Positions 9,815-17,870 of a stretch of 64,000 nt of DNA are shown here, piece by piece (the stretch's first letter is position 1; every line of letters begins with the position of its first letter). A program made the translations under genes and the position numbers. Origin of the DNA: Candidatus Omnitrophota bacterium (GTDB lineage: Bacteria > Omnitrophota > Gorgyraeia > Gorgyraeales > Gorgyraeaceae); NCBI GenBank assembly GCA_026387235.1, contig JAPLMD010000042.1, forward strand, positions 3,185 through 67,184, in the 5' to 3' direction. The notes under the pieces are model-generated. The model did no database searches, was not told the origin of the DNA, and saw only the letters and a list, made by a program, of their open reading frames with translations.

Positions 9815-10195
9815 TTACCTCCATCTACTATCCAGATCAAACGCATTCTTTATCAGCCTTACTTGCGGCCGGAGACTATCAACGCCCTCTATGCAAACCA
9901 CATCAAACCTGCAGCTTTTATCTTCCAGCTTAAATTTCTTTATATACGCTAGGGCTGCTTTTGAAATCTGCAGCTGTTTCTTTTTTAATATCGTCTCTTC
10001 AGGCAAACCGAACGCGGGCGAGTTTTTAGCCCTGACTTCCACAAAACAAGTACAGCCTTTATAATCCGCTATTATATCTATTTCTCCCAGCTTTGTCCTG
10101 TAATTTCTTCCTATTATTTTATAGCCTTCTCTTCGCAAATAAGAAACAGCCAGCTCCTCTCCGCTCTTTCCAGAACTAATCCTTGCAAATGTCAT
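9815..10195 (-). CDS. yraN: YraN/UPF0102 family endonuclease.
   Basis: MTFARISSGKSGEELAVSYLRREGYKIIGRNYRTKLGEIDIIA... is a typical YraN. The start is taken at MTF (ATG at 10195); the track ORF extends 16 codons upstream into a hairpin. Confidence 0.75.
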   Translation of the reverse strand: MTFARISSGKSGEELAVSYLRREGYKIIGRNYRTKLGEIDIIADYKGCTCFVEVRAKNSPAFGLPEETILKKKQLQISKAALAYIKKFKLEDKSCRFDVVCIEGVDSLRPQVRLIKNAFDLDSRWR

Positions 10196-10210
10196 TTTTT
10201 TAATGAGCAC

Positions 10211-10250
10211 TTGACTTATGGAGTGAATGAAATGAACGAGCATAAGTCAA
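10211..10250. repeat. Inverted repeat TTGACTTATG-N20-CATAAGTCAA in the rnhB-yraN gap. It is followed by GC motifs related to the leader-repeat family (TAATCCCGGGC ... GTTGCGAGGGAT; 10259-10300), a second inverted repeat GCGAGGGAT-N18-ATCCCTCGC (10292-10327), and CTCGGGAT (10355-10362).
   Basis: Perfect 10-bp arms. The neighbouring TAATCCCGGGCAACCC...GCGAGGGAT closely resembles TAATCCCGAGCAGCCC...GTCGCGAGGGGC of copy E. I read this as a degenerate seventh copy of the element. Confidence 0.4.
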
Positions 10251-10375
10251 TGTGCGAATTAATCCCGGGCAACCCTATTTTTCATCATGTTGCGAGGGAT
10301 AAAACTTTATATGATAATCCCTCGCTGCATATAATCAAGAATCAAGGCAGCTCGGGATAAGTTCGGACATATAGC

Positions 10376-11113
10376 TTACGTCGTCCTTCGGATTCCGCAA
10401 GCTATGTCCTCACTTATAGGCGCGAAACTTTTCCTGTGTATCAAGCAAGGCCCATGTTGCTTGATGGCCTCCAAATGAAATCTCGTGCCATATCCCTTGT
10501 GTTTAAAAAAACCATAAAGGGGATATTTTTTATCATACCGGTCCATGATCGCATCGCGCATTACCTTTGCGACTATTGACGCAGCTGCTATGGAAAAACT
10601 CTTGGAATCGCCTTTTATAATTGGAATTGTTTTATAGGGTAGAAACCCGCCAAATAGGCCATCTACTAGAACGCAGATATCTTTTCGGACATCTTTTTCT
10701 TTTTTATTAGCCAGCCGGCAGAATTTGAATACCAGTTTCTTAACAGCCTGCTTCATTGCTGCAAGCGTTGCCATGTGTATATTTTCTCTGTCTATATATT
10801 TATTATCTTTAATGCCTACCCCAAAAATAGCTTTCGCTGATATTTCTTTGAATGCCTTTTCTCTCTCCGGCGGCCGGAGTTTCTTAGAATCATCTATGTT
10901 TTCCTTGTATTCCGGCACCTTAAATATTCTCAAAGGAGAGCGGTTTAAAATCACAGCCCCCGCCACCACAGGACCTGCCAGAGGACCCCTGCCTGCTTCA
11001 TCGACTCCTATTATTATAGAAAAGCCTTTAAGAAACGCTTTCCGCTCCCAAGACAACATCTGCCGGGTTTTTAGCGGCTTCTCTTTCTTCTTCGACCGTT
11101 GTATGTTTGCCAA
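10376..11113 (-). CDS. rnhB: Ribonuclease HII.
   Basis: [23 protein letters not shown] and the ...[28 protein letters not shown]-terminal block. The start may be the internal MLSWERK (11059). Either start overlaps the rplS 3' end. Confidence 0.85.
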   Translation of the reverse strand: MANIQRSKKKEKPLKTRQMLSWERKAFLKGFSIIIGVDEAGRGPLAGPVVAGAVILNRSPLRIFKVPEYKENIDDSKKLRPPEREKAFKEISAKAIFGVGIKDNKYIDRENIHMATLAAMKQAVKKLVFKFCRLANKKEKDVRKDICVLVDGLFGGFLPYKTIPIIKGDSKSFSIAAASIVAKVMRDAIMDRYDKKYPLYGFFKHKGYGTRFHLEAIKQHGPCLIHRKSFAPISEDIACGIRRTT

Positions 11114-11420
11114 TTCTTTTCCTCAAATAATACAGCCTCGCCCTGTTAACCTTGCCTTTCTTGACAACCTTTATTGAGTCTATGTGCGGAGAATGCATAT
11201 GAAACACCCTCTCAACACCTTCTCCGAAAGATATACGCCTGACCGTAAAAGTCTCTTTTATCCCCGACCCTTTTCTGGCAATAACTATGCCTTCAAAAGC
11301 CTGGGACCTGGTCTTGTCGCCTTCTTTTATCCTGACTGCTACTCTGACAGTGTCGCCAACCTTGAAAACAGTGATTTCCTTTTTCATAAGATCTTTTTCC
11401 AGCTCTCTGATTATGTTCAT
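11028..11420 (-). CDS. rplS: 50S ribosomal protein L19, with a ~15-20 aa C-terminal extension.
   Basis: [10 protein letters not shown]...[63 protein letters not shown]...[22 protein letters not shown] lies 6 nt upstream. Confidence 0.9.
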   Translation of the reverse strand: MNIIRELEKDLMKKEITVFKVGDTVRVAVRIKEGDKTRSQAFEGIVIARKGSGIKETFTVRRISFGEGVERVFHMHSPHIDSIKVVKKGKVNRARLYYLRKRIGKHTTVEEEREAAKNPADVVLGAESVS

Positions 11421-11435
11421 AATTCCTCCTTGAGC

Positions 11436-11501
11436 TTCTCGACTCAGCCCTTCGGGCTTCGCTCGAAGAATATTGTTCGAGCGAGCGAAGCGAGTCGAGA
11501 A
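11436..11501. repeat. Nested GC-rich palindromic element between the trmD stop and the rplS SD. Outer arms are TTCTCGACTC/GAGTCGAGAA, the inner arms are GCTTCGCTCGAA/TTCGAGCG(AG)CGAAGC, and there is a UUCG-looped mini-hairpin AGCCCTTCGGGCT.
   Basis: Read directly from the sequence. It shares the 14-mer TCGCTTCGCTCGCT with the element downstream of tRNA-Arg (45440-45525). Confidence 0.55.
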
Positions 11502-11505
11502 CTGT

Positions 11506-12195
11506 TTAATGTTTTAATAAATCCGGCCTTTTCTTTTTAGTTGTTTTTACCGCCTCTTTCTTTCTCCATTCTTTTATTTTCTCATGATCCCCGGACAAAA
11601 GAACATCCGGAACTTTCATGCCGTTGTAATCAGCCGGCCTTGTATAATGCGGATACTCCAAAAGATCTTCGGAAAACGACTCATCCTTGCAGGAATTCTC
11701 ATCTCCAAGAGCTCCCGGCAAAAGCCTTACAACGCCGTCAATTATTACCATGGCCGGTAATTCTCCGCCGGTCAAAATAAAATCTCCTATCGATATCTCG
11801 TCATCCGCTAGGTGCCCAGCAACCCTTTCGTCTATGCCTTCATAATGACCGCACAATAGCACCACGTGTTCATATTTTGACAATTTTACAGCAAGCGCCT
11901 GATTAAATCTCCTGCCTTTAGGGCTCAGAAGCACTGTTCTCGTCTTGAGCCTGAGGTCTTTTGTCTTTCTTCTTATATAATTAACAGCTTCAAAAAACGG
12001 CTCGGCATTCATCACCATGCCCGGGCCTCCGCCAAAAGGCTTATCATCCACCTTTCTATGCTTGTCTTTTGAAAAGAGCCTCAAATCTATTACATTTATT
12101 TCAACAACGCCTTTTTCTTTTGCCCTTTTTATAATAGACTCTCCCATCACCGCATCAAACATCTTCGGGAATATTGTCAGAACATCTATACGCAT
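11506..12195 (-). CDS. trmD: tRNA (guanine37-N1)-methyltransferase.
   Basis: [12 protein letters not shown]......SI..RA...G.V......[20 protein letters not shown]; SPKG; [10 protein letters not shown]. 229 aa. Confidence 0.9.
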   Translation of the reverse strand: MRIDVLTIFPKMFDAVMGESIIKRAKEKGVVEINVIDLRLFSKDKHRKVDDKPFGGGPGMVMNAEPFFEAVNYIRRKTKDLRLKTRTVLLSPKGRRFNQALAVKLSKYEHVVLLCGHYEGIDERVAGHLADDEISIGDFILTGGELPAMVIIDGVVRLLPGALGDENSCKDESFSEDLLEYPHYTRPADYNGMKVPDVLLSGDHEKIKEWRKKEAVKTTKKKRPDLLKH

Positions 12196-12202
12196 TTGAT
12201 AA

Positions 12203-12445
12203 TTAAATTACACCCTGTTTTTTGAAAAGGCTCTTTATTATCTCTGTCGGCGTAGCGCCTTTTGACAACCAGATCCTGGCCCTTTCTTTATCTATACTTA
12301 GAAAGGTTGGCTTCTTGGATGGATCATAATATCCTAACTCCTCTATTGTTTTTCCATCTCTTGCGCGCCTTATATCGCATACGACAATCCTGCGATGAGG
12401 TTTCTTTTTCGTCCCTAATCTCTTTAATCTGATTCTAACTGCCAT
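12203..12445 (-). CDS. rpsP: 30S ribosomal protein S16.
   Basis: MAVRIRLKRLGTKKKPHRRIVVCDIRRARDGKTIEELGYYDP. The ATG at 12445 follows GGAGGA; the track's extra MGGK is just the SD read as codons. Confidence 0.9.
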   Translation of the reverse strand: MAVRIRLKRLGTKKKPHRRIVVCDIRRARDGKTIEELGYYDPSKKPTFLSIDKERARIWLSKGATPTEIIKSLFKKQGVI

Positions 12446-12455
12446 CTTTCCTCCC

Positions 12456-12520
12456 AAATTTTGCGAAGCAAAATTTGATCCCGAGCCGCCATTATACCCG
12501 CGTATACGCGGCGAGGGACC
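12456..12520 (-). repeat. Structured leader repeat, copy B (AAATTTTGCGAAGCAAAATTT + GATCCCGAG..GCGGCGAGGGACC). It fills the murA-rpsP gap.
   Basis: Same architecture as copy A, with compensatory palindrome variants TGC/GCA. Confidence 0.7.
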
Positions 12521-12526
12521 TTTATA

Positions 12527-13792
12527 CTAATCCTCTTTTTCTCTTTTTATCCGTACGCCTAATTTTTCTAATTTCTCCTCTATGTTATAATAACCCCTGT
12601 CAAGGTGGTATATCCTGGATATCTCTGTTTTGCCTTTTGCAACAAGACCTGCCAGAACCAGCCCTGCGCTTGCCCTTAAATCAGAAGCCATTACAGGCGC
12701 CGCGCTAAGCCTCGGAACGCCTTTGACTATCGCGCTCGAACCTTCCAGTATTATATGCGCGCCCATCCTGGCTAGTTCGCTTATATGCATGAATCTTTCC
12801 GGATATATCTTCTCCGTTATCACGCTTATGCCTTTGGTCATGCACATAAGCGCCATCATCTGGGCCTGCATGTCAGTAGGGAAGCCGGGATAAGGCAGCG
12901 TAGTGACGTCAACGGGCCTTATAAAACCCGTCTTTACAACGCGCATCCCGTCTTTAGTGTTTGTGATCTTCACGCCTACGTCTTTTAATTTATCTATAAT
13001 AGCCCCGAGATGCTCTATATTAGCCCCTTTTATTAACACGTCTCCTCCGGTAATTGCAGAAGCTATCATAAAAGTACCGGCCTCTACCCTGTCGTTTATT
13101 ATGGAATATTCCGCTCCGTGAAGTGATTTCACGCCCTCTATCTCCAATATCGGAGTTCTCTGGCCTTTTATTTTTGCGCCCATCTCAACAAGAAAATCCG
13201 CAAGGTCGCAAACCTCCGGTTCGCACGCTGCGTTTTCAATGACAGTCTTTCCCTTTGCAAGCGTTGCAGCCATCATGACGTTAGCCGTAGCAAGGACGCT
13301 GGACCCGAATTTGCCTCCGAGGTAAACACGGCCGCCCGTAAGATTTTTTGCGTCTGCGATTATGTATCCATGCTCCACTTTTAAATCAGCGCCTAAGGCC
13401 TTAAGCCCTTTTACATGCAGGTCGATCGGTCTCGGCCCTATTATGCATCCTCCGGGCATTGACACCTCTGCATGTTTCAATTTCGCAAGTAAGGGCCCGA
13501 GCACGCATACAGAAGCCCTCATTGTGCTGACGAGTTTATACGGCGCGACGTAATTAGAGTATCCGTTCGGATGAATGACAACGACCCCGTCTTCCATGTC
13601 AGCCCTGACGCCCATATTCCTGAGTATCCTGAGCATCGTATACACGTCGCGTAAAGGCGGGACATTCCTTATGATGCATTTTTCGTCTGTCAGGAGAGTG
13701 GCTGCCAGTATAGGAAGCGCTGCATTTTTTGCGCCGCTTATCTCTACAGTGCCTTTTAGTCTCACTCCGCCTTCTACAATAAATTTATCCAC
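12527..13792 (-). CDS. murA: UDP-N-acetylglucosamine 1-carboxyvinyltransferase.
   Basis: 421 aa; MDKF.VEGG.RL.G.V.ISGAKNAALPILAA.LL; the active-site region around C...GPRPID. A typical MurA throughout. Confidence 0.92.
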   Translation of the reverse strand: MDKFIVEGGVRLKGTVEISGAKNAALPILAATLLTDEKCIIRNVPPLRDVYTMLRILRNMGVRADMEDGVVVIHPNGYSNYVAPYKLVSTMRASVCVLGPLLAKLKHAEVSMPGGCIIGPRPIDLHVKGLKALGADLKVEHGYIIADAKNLTGGRVYLGGKFGSSVLATANVMMAATLAKGKTVIENAACEPEVCDLADFLVEMGAKIKGQRTPILEIEGVKSLHGAEYSIINDRVEAGTFMIASAITGGDVLIKGANIEHLGAIIDKLKDVGVKITNTKDGMRVVKTGFIRPVDVTTLPYPGFPTDMQAQMMALMCMTKGISVITEKIYPERFMHISELARMGAHIILEGSSAIVKGVPRLSAAPVMASDLRASAGLVLAGLVAKGKTEISRIYHLDRGYYNIEEKLEKLGVRIKREKED

Positions 13793-14625
13793 ATTGCCCT
13801 TTCTATGCCTGAAAAATCCTTGATTATCTTATGTATCTCAAATATGTTATATAAGGAAAAAATATCTTTCAAAGCCTGTTTTTGGCCAAAGCCTATTTCC
13901 AATAAAATACTGCCGCATTTTTCCAAATATCTATGTGATTCTTTCGCTATGATCCTGTAAAAATCCAAACCATCCCCTCCGCCGTTCAAAGCAATCTCCG
14001 GCTCTTGTTTCACTTCATTCTGTAAATATGGAAATTCAGCCTTTTTTACATAAGGCGGGTTACAGACTATTATATCAAATTTAGGATTTTTATCAAATAC
14101 TAAAGCGTTAAAAACATTTCCTTTATAAAATTTTATTCTCTCACTCACATTATGCCGCGCCGCATTTTTCTCTGCTATCTTTAAAGCAGCCTCGGATATG
14201 TCAGTAGCCGTTACTTCAATTTGCGGCATCAATTTAGCCAGGCTTACGGCGATGTTTCCGCTGCCTGTGCATAAATCTAATATTCTGAAGCTCTTATCTG
14301 GTGAATTAAGTAATTCATTCACCAATATCTCTGTCTCTGGCCTGGGTATGAACGTATCTTTCGTTACAATAAAATCCAGGCCCATAAATTCTGCGCAGCC
14401 TGTAATGTATTGCACAGGTTCCCCGTTCAGCCGGCGGCTAATCAAAGAATCATATAATTCTTCTATCGTTTCATTGATGCTGAAATTCCTGATATACAAA
14501 TCTATTCTGGCGCAATTAAACAGATATTCTAAAAGCATCTCTGTTTCGACCTTGGAAACAATGCCGGAATATTTGTTTATTAAATAAAAAACGTCTCTTT
14601 TGCAAGTTTTACTACTTAATATCAT
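13774..14625 (-). CDS. prmC: Release-factor glutamine N5-methyltransferase (HemK/PrmC).
   Basis: ILDLCTGSGNIAVSLA (SAM motif I) and VCNPPYV (NPPY motif). Located downstream of prfA. Confidence 0.85.
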   Translation of the reverse strand: MILSSKTCKRDVFYLINKYSGIVSKVETEMLLEYLFNCARIDLYIRNFSINETIEELYDSLISRRLNGEPVQYITGCAEFMGLDFIVTKDTFIPRPETEILVNELLNSPDKSFRILDLCTGSGNIAVSLAKLMPQIEVTATDISEAALKIAEKNAARHNVSERIKFYKGNVFNALVFDKNPKFDIIVCNPPYVKKAEFPYLQNEVKQEPEIALNGGGDGLDFYRIIAKESHRYLEKCGSILLEIGFGQKQALKDIFSLYNIFEIHKIIKDFSGIERAMWINLL

Positions 14626-15703
14626 TTTGCGCTCCCGATATGGATTGGTTTAATTTTAACTTTCTTTCTGCTTCTATAAGGGCATTTAAAATTTTATCTA
14701 TTTCGCCTTCCATTACGTTCGGCAGATCGTGTATTGTAAAGCCTATCCTATGATCCGTAACCCTGCGGTCCGGAAAATTATAAGTCCTGATTTTTTCGCT
14801 TCTGTCTCCGCTGCCTACCTGGATACGCCTGTCCTTTGCTATTTTTTCTTCATGCTTTTTCCTGATGTGATCCAAAAGCCTTGCCCTCAATACCCTCATG
14901 GCCTTCTCCTTATTCTTACTCTGAGATCTTTCATCCTGGCATGTAACAACCATGCCTGACGGTATATGCGTAATGCGCACCGCTGATTCTATCTTGTTTA
15001 CGCCTTGACCACCGGCGCCTGATGCCCTGTATACATCTACTCTTAAATCCTGCGGATTAATCTGAACGTCGACGTCCTCTGCCTCGGCAAGAACCGCTAC
15101 TGTCACGGCAGACGTATGAATCCTGCCTGACGCTTCCGTAGCAGGAACTCTCTGGACCCTGTGGCAGCCTTTCTCGTATTTAAGTTTTTTGTACGCGCCT
15201 TGGCCTTTTACGGCAAATATCACTTCCTTGAACCCTCCTGCTTCAGCTGGATGAGCGTCCATAATTTCCACCTTCCAATTATTTTTCGCGGCATACTTAG
15301 AGTACATTCTGAAAAGATCTCCCGCAAAAAGAGAAGCCTCTGCCCCGCCTGTTCCTGCCCTGATCTCCACAATCACATCTTTATCCGCGTCAGGGTCTTC
15401 TTCCAGCATCATCTCTTCTAATCCAAGCTGGAGCTGTTTTTGTCTTTTTTCCAGCTCTTCTATTTCTTTATCCGCCATATCAACAATTTCTTTATTAGTT
15501 TCTTTTTCCGAAAGATGCTTTGCGCCGCTTATCTCAGAAACAACCTTCTTATACTCGCTATATTTTTTAACAATACCTTCAAGCGAAGACAGTTCTCTGG
15601 CGAGCTTCTGATATTTATCAATGTCGGCTATAACATCGTGATCTGACATTAACATATGCAATTCGTTGTAACGTTTTAATATAGAGTCTAATTTTTCAAA
15701 CAT
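14612..15703 (-). CDS. prfA: Peptide chain release factor 1.
   Basis: GGQ motif (RASGAGGQGVNK), PxT-region block, 363 aa. Confidence 0.92.
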   Translation of the reverse strand: MFEKLDSILKRYNELHMLMSDHDVIADIDKYQKLARELSSLEGIVKKYSEYKKVVSEISGAKHLSEKETNKEIVDMADKEIEELEKRQKQLQLGLEEMMLEEDPDADKDVIVEIRAGTGGAEASLFAGDLFRMYSKYAAKNNWKVEIMDAHPAEAGGFKEVIFAVKGQGAYKKLKYEKGCHRVQRVPATEASGRIHTSAVTVAVLAEAEDVDVQINPQDLRVDVYRASGAGGQGVNKIESAVRITHIPSGMVVTCQDERSQSKNKEKAMRVLRARLLDHIRKKHEEKIAKDRRIQVGSGDRSEKIRTYNFPDRRVTDHRIGFTIHDLPNVMEGEIDKILNALIEAERKLKLNQSISGAQNDIK

Positions 15704-15722
15704 AATGATATTCCGGCATTGC

Positions 15723-15742
15723 CTGCTCTATTATTTAGAGAC
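15723..15742. promoter_or_regulatory. 20-bp perfect palindrome ATTTAGAGACGTCTCTAAAT, ~20 nt upstream of the prfA start and just downstream of the rpmE 3' hairpin (15764-15796).
   Basis: Perfect dyad symmetry read from the sequence. Its position is consistent with an operator or an RNA hairpin in the rpmE-prfA junction. Confidence 0.35.
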
Positions 15743-15797
15743 GTCTCTAAATGCTGTATTCCGCCCAAGGAACCCCGGGCTTGAGCCCGGGTGGGCT

Positions 15798-16010
15798 TCA
15801 TTTCTTCTCTTCCTTCTTACTATATTTCTTCAAAAACTTTTCTACCCTGCCTGCGGAATCCACGAATTTCTGCTTGCCCGTGAAAAAAGGGTGACACTTA
15901 GAACATATTTCCACACGCAGATTCTGTTTTGTAGAACGCGTGCGAATAACCTCTCCGCATGCGCACGTAATAACCGCTTCCTTGTACTCCGGGTGAATTT
16001 TGTCTTTCAT
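15798..16010 (-). CDS. rpmE: 50S ribosomal protein L31 (Zn-ribbon type).
   Basis: [59 protein letters not shown]. 70 aa. Confidence 0.9.
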   Translation of the reverse strand: MKDKIHPEYKEAVITCACGEVIRTRSTKQNLRVEICSKCHPFFTGKQKFVDSAGRVEKFLKKYSKKEEKK

Positions 16011-16019
16011 TTTATCCTC

Positions 16020-17285
16020 CTATTTATTCATGCTGTCCAAGAAATCTTCATTTGTTTTAGTCTTGCTGATTTTCTCTATTAAAAGCTCCATTGCTTCTAC
16101 GCTATTCAATTCATTCAAGACTTTTCTGAGAAGCCATATCCTCTGAAGCTCTTTTGCATCCACAAGCAGGTCCTCTTTTCTGGTATTGGACCTCTTGATG
16201 TCTATAGCAGGATAAATCCTTCTCTGGAAAAGAGTCCTGTCCATCTGCAGTTCCATATTGCCTGTGCCTTTGAATTCTTCAAAAATAACCTCATCCATCC
16301 TGCTGCCCGTATCTACGAGAGCTGTTGCTATGATGGTAAGGCTCCCTCCTTCTTCTATGTTCCTTGCAGCTCCAAAAAATCTTTTTGGTTTATGAAGCGC
16401 GTTTGAATCCACTCCTCCTGAAAGTATTTTGCCTGAATGAGGCACTACGGTGTTATATGCCCTGGCCAGCCTGGTAATGCTATCCAGAAGTATGACCACG
16501 TCTTTTTTATGCTCCACCAACCTCTTTGCTTTTTCAAGCACCATCTCCGCAACCTGAACATGCCTTTCAGCAGGCTCGTCGAAAGTGGAGCTGATAACCT
16601 CTCCTTTTACAGACCTCTGCATGTCAGTAACTTCCTCGGGCCGCTCATCTATCAACAGCACCATGATAATTGTGTCCGGAAAATTGGTTGCGATACTATT
16701 GGCTATCTTCTGCATTATTATGGTTTTACCGCTGTAAGGAGGCGCAACTATCATCCCTCTCTGGCCTTTCCCTACGGGAGTCAATAAATCCATTATGCGC
16801 ATAGATGTGTCTACAGTTTTCGTCTCCAGTTTATATCTTATGTTAGGATATATCGGAGTAAGGTTATCGAAAAGCACTTTGTCCTTTGCCGCCTCAGGGC
16901 TTTCAAAATTAACAGCCTCCACCTTTAATAATGCGAAATATCTTTCGCCTTCTTTAGGAGGCCGTATCTGCCCGCTCACTGTGTCGCCCGTTCTCAAATC
17001 AAATTTCCTAATCTGCGAAGGCGATATGTATATATCGTCAGGACACGGCAGATAGTTATAGTTCGGCGAACGGAGAAAACCAAATCCATCAGGCAATATC
17101 TCCAGAACCCCTTCCCCGAATATAAGCCCGTCTTTTTCTGTCTGAGCCTGGAGGATTTTGAATATCATGTCCTGTTTTTTTAACCCGCTCACGCCGTTTA
17201 TGTTCATATCATGCGCGAGTTTATTTAATTCGGTTATCTTCATTGATTTCAATTTTTCAATATCTAGTTTTTCTTTCACGTCCAT
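16020..17285 (-). CDS. rho: Transcription termination factor Rho.
   Basis: 421 aa. N-terminal domain followed by OB fold, Walker [16 protein letters not shown], and the Q and R loops. Confidence 0.93.
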   Translation of the reverse strand: MDVKEKLDIEKLKSMKITELNKLAHDMNINGVSGLKKQDMIFKILQAQTEKDGLIFGEGVLEILPDGFGFLRSPNYNYLPCPDDIYISPSQIRKFDLRTGDTVSGQIRPPKEGERYFALLKVEAVNFESPEAAKDKVLFDNLTPIYPNIRYKLETKTVDTSMRIMDLLTPVGKGQRGMIVAPPYSGKTIIMQKIANSIATNFPDTIIMVLLIDERPEEVTDMQRSVKGEVISSTFDEPAERHVQVAEMVLEKAKRLVEHKKDVVILLDSITRLARAYNTVVPHSGKILSGGVDSNALHKPKRFFGAARNIEEGGSLTIIATALVDTGSRMDEVIFEEFKGTGNMELQMDRTLFQRRIYPAIDIKRSNTRKEDLLVDAKELQRIWLLRKVLNELNSVEAMELLIEKISKTKTNEDFLDSMNK

Positions 17286-17286
17286 G

Positions 17287-17868
17287 TTATACTCCTCGTT
17301 TTTTCCAGATCTCTTTGACCTGGGTTAATGTGTTTGTTTTCGATCCGCTATTATCTATGATAAAATCCGCGAATGCCAGTTTTTCCTTAAAAGGCATCTG
17401 CATCCTTATTCTCTTTAGAGTTTCTTCGGCAGATAATCCCCTATTTTCTCTTATTCTTCTAATTTGCTCTTCTTTTTTATTTGCCACCACTATTACCTTA
17501 TCCATTTCTCTATAAAAACCTGTTTCCACCAAAAGAGGCGCCTCGATAACTATAACCTTGCCTCTTTTGGATTTCGCTATGTCTCTTATCTCTTTTATGA
17601 CCTCGAAATGAGTAACGCTATTAAGAAGTTTAAGTTTTGATTTTTCTTTAAATACGATATTTCCGAGCTTTTTCCTGTCTATCCGCCCTGTCCTGCTTAA
17701 TATATCTTTGCCGAAACGCCTGACTATTTTTTTATAACAATTTTCCCCGGGCATTATAAGCGAATGATAAACCTTATCCGCGTCAATTGCATAAGCGCCG
17801 AGTCGCGCAAACATTTTCGCAACTGTCGTCTTCCCGCTTCCAAAACTTCCTGTAACGCCGATAATCAT
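17287..17868 (-). CDS. coaE: Dephospho-CoA kinase.
   Basis: [29 protein letters not shown]. The start is taken at MIIGVTG (17868); the track start at 17895 would overlap the polA stop. Confidence 0.85.
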   Translation of the reverse strand: MIIGVTGSFGSGKTTVAKMFARLGAYAIDADKVYHSLIMPGENCYKKIVRRFGKDILSRTGRIDRKKLGNIVFKEKSKLKLLNSVTHFEVIKEIRDIAKSKRGKVIVIEAPLLVETGFYREMDKVIVVANKKEEQIRRIRENRGLSAEETLKRIRMQMPFKEKLAFADFIIDNSGSKTNTLTQVKEIWKKRGV

Positions 17869-17870
17869 GA

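Noticed and set aside
12203-12457. Upstream-extended starts in the ORF track (rpsP MGGK, the small membrane protein MFHKIWED, the RAYT MSYIMRTLVHLPGEPAGS..., yraN MLVHFIHS, coa[11 protein letters not shown])
   Set aside because: The extensions are translations of SD sequences or of the intergenic palindromes. Internal ATGs with proper SD spacing and family-typical N-termini are preferred.
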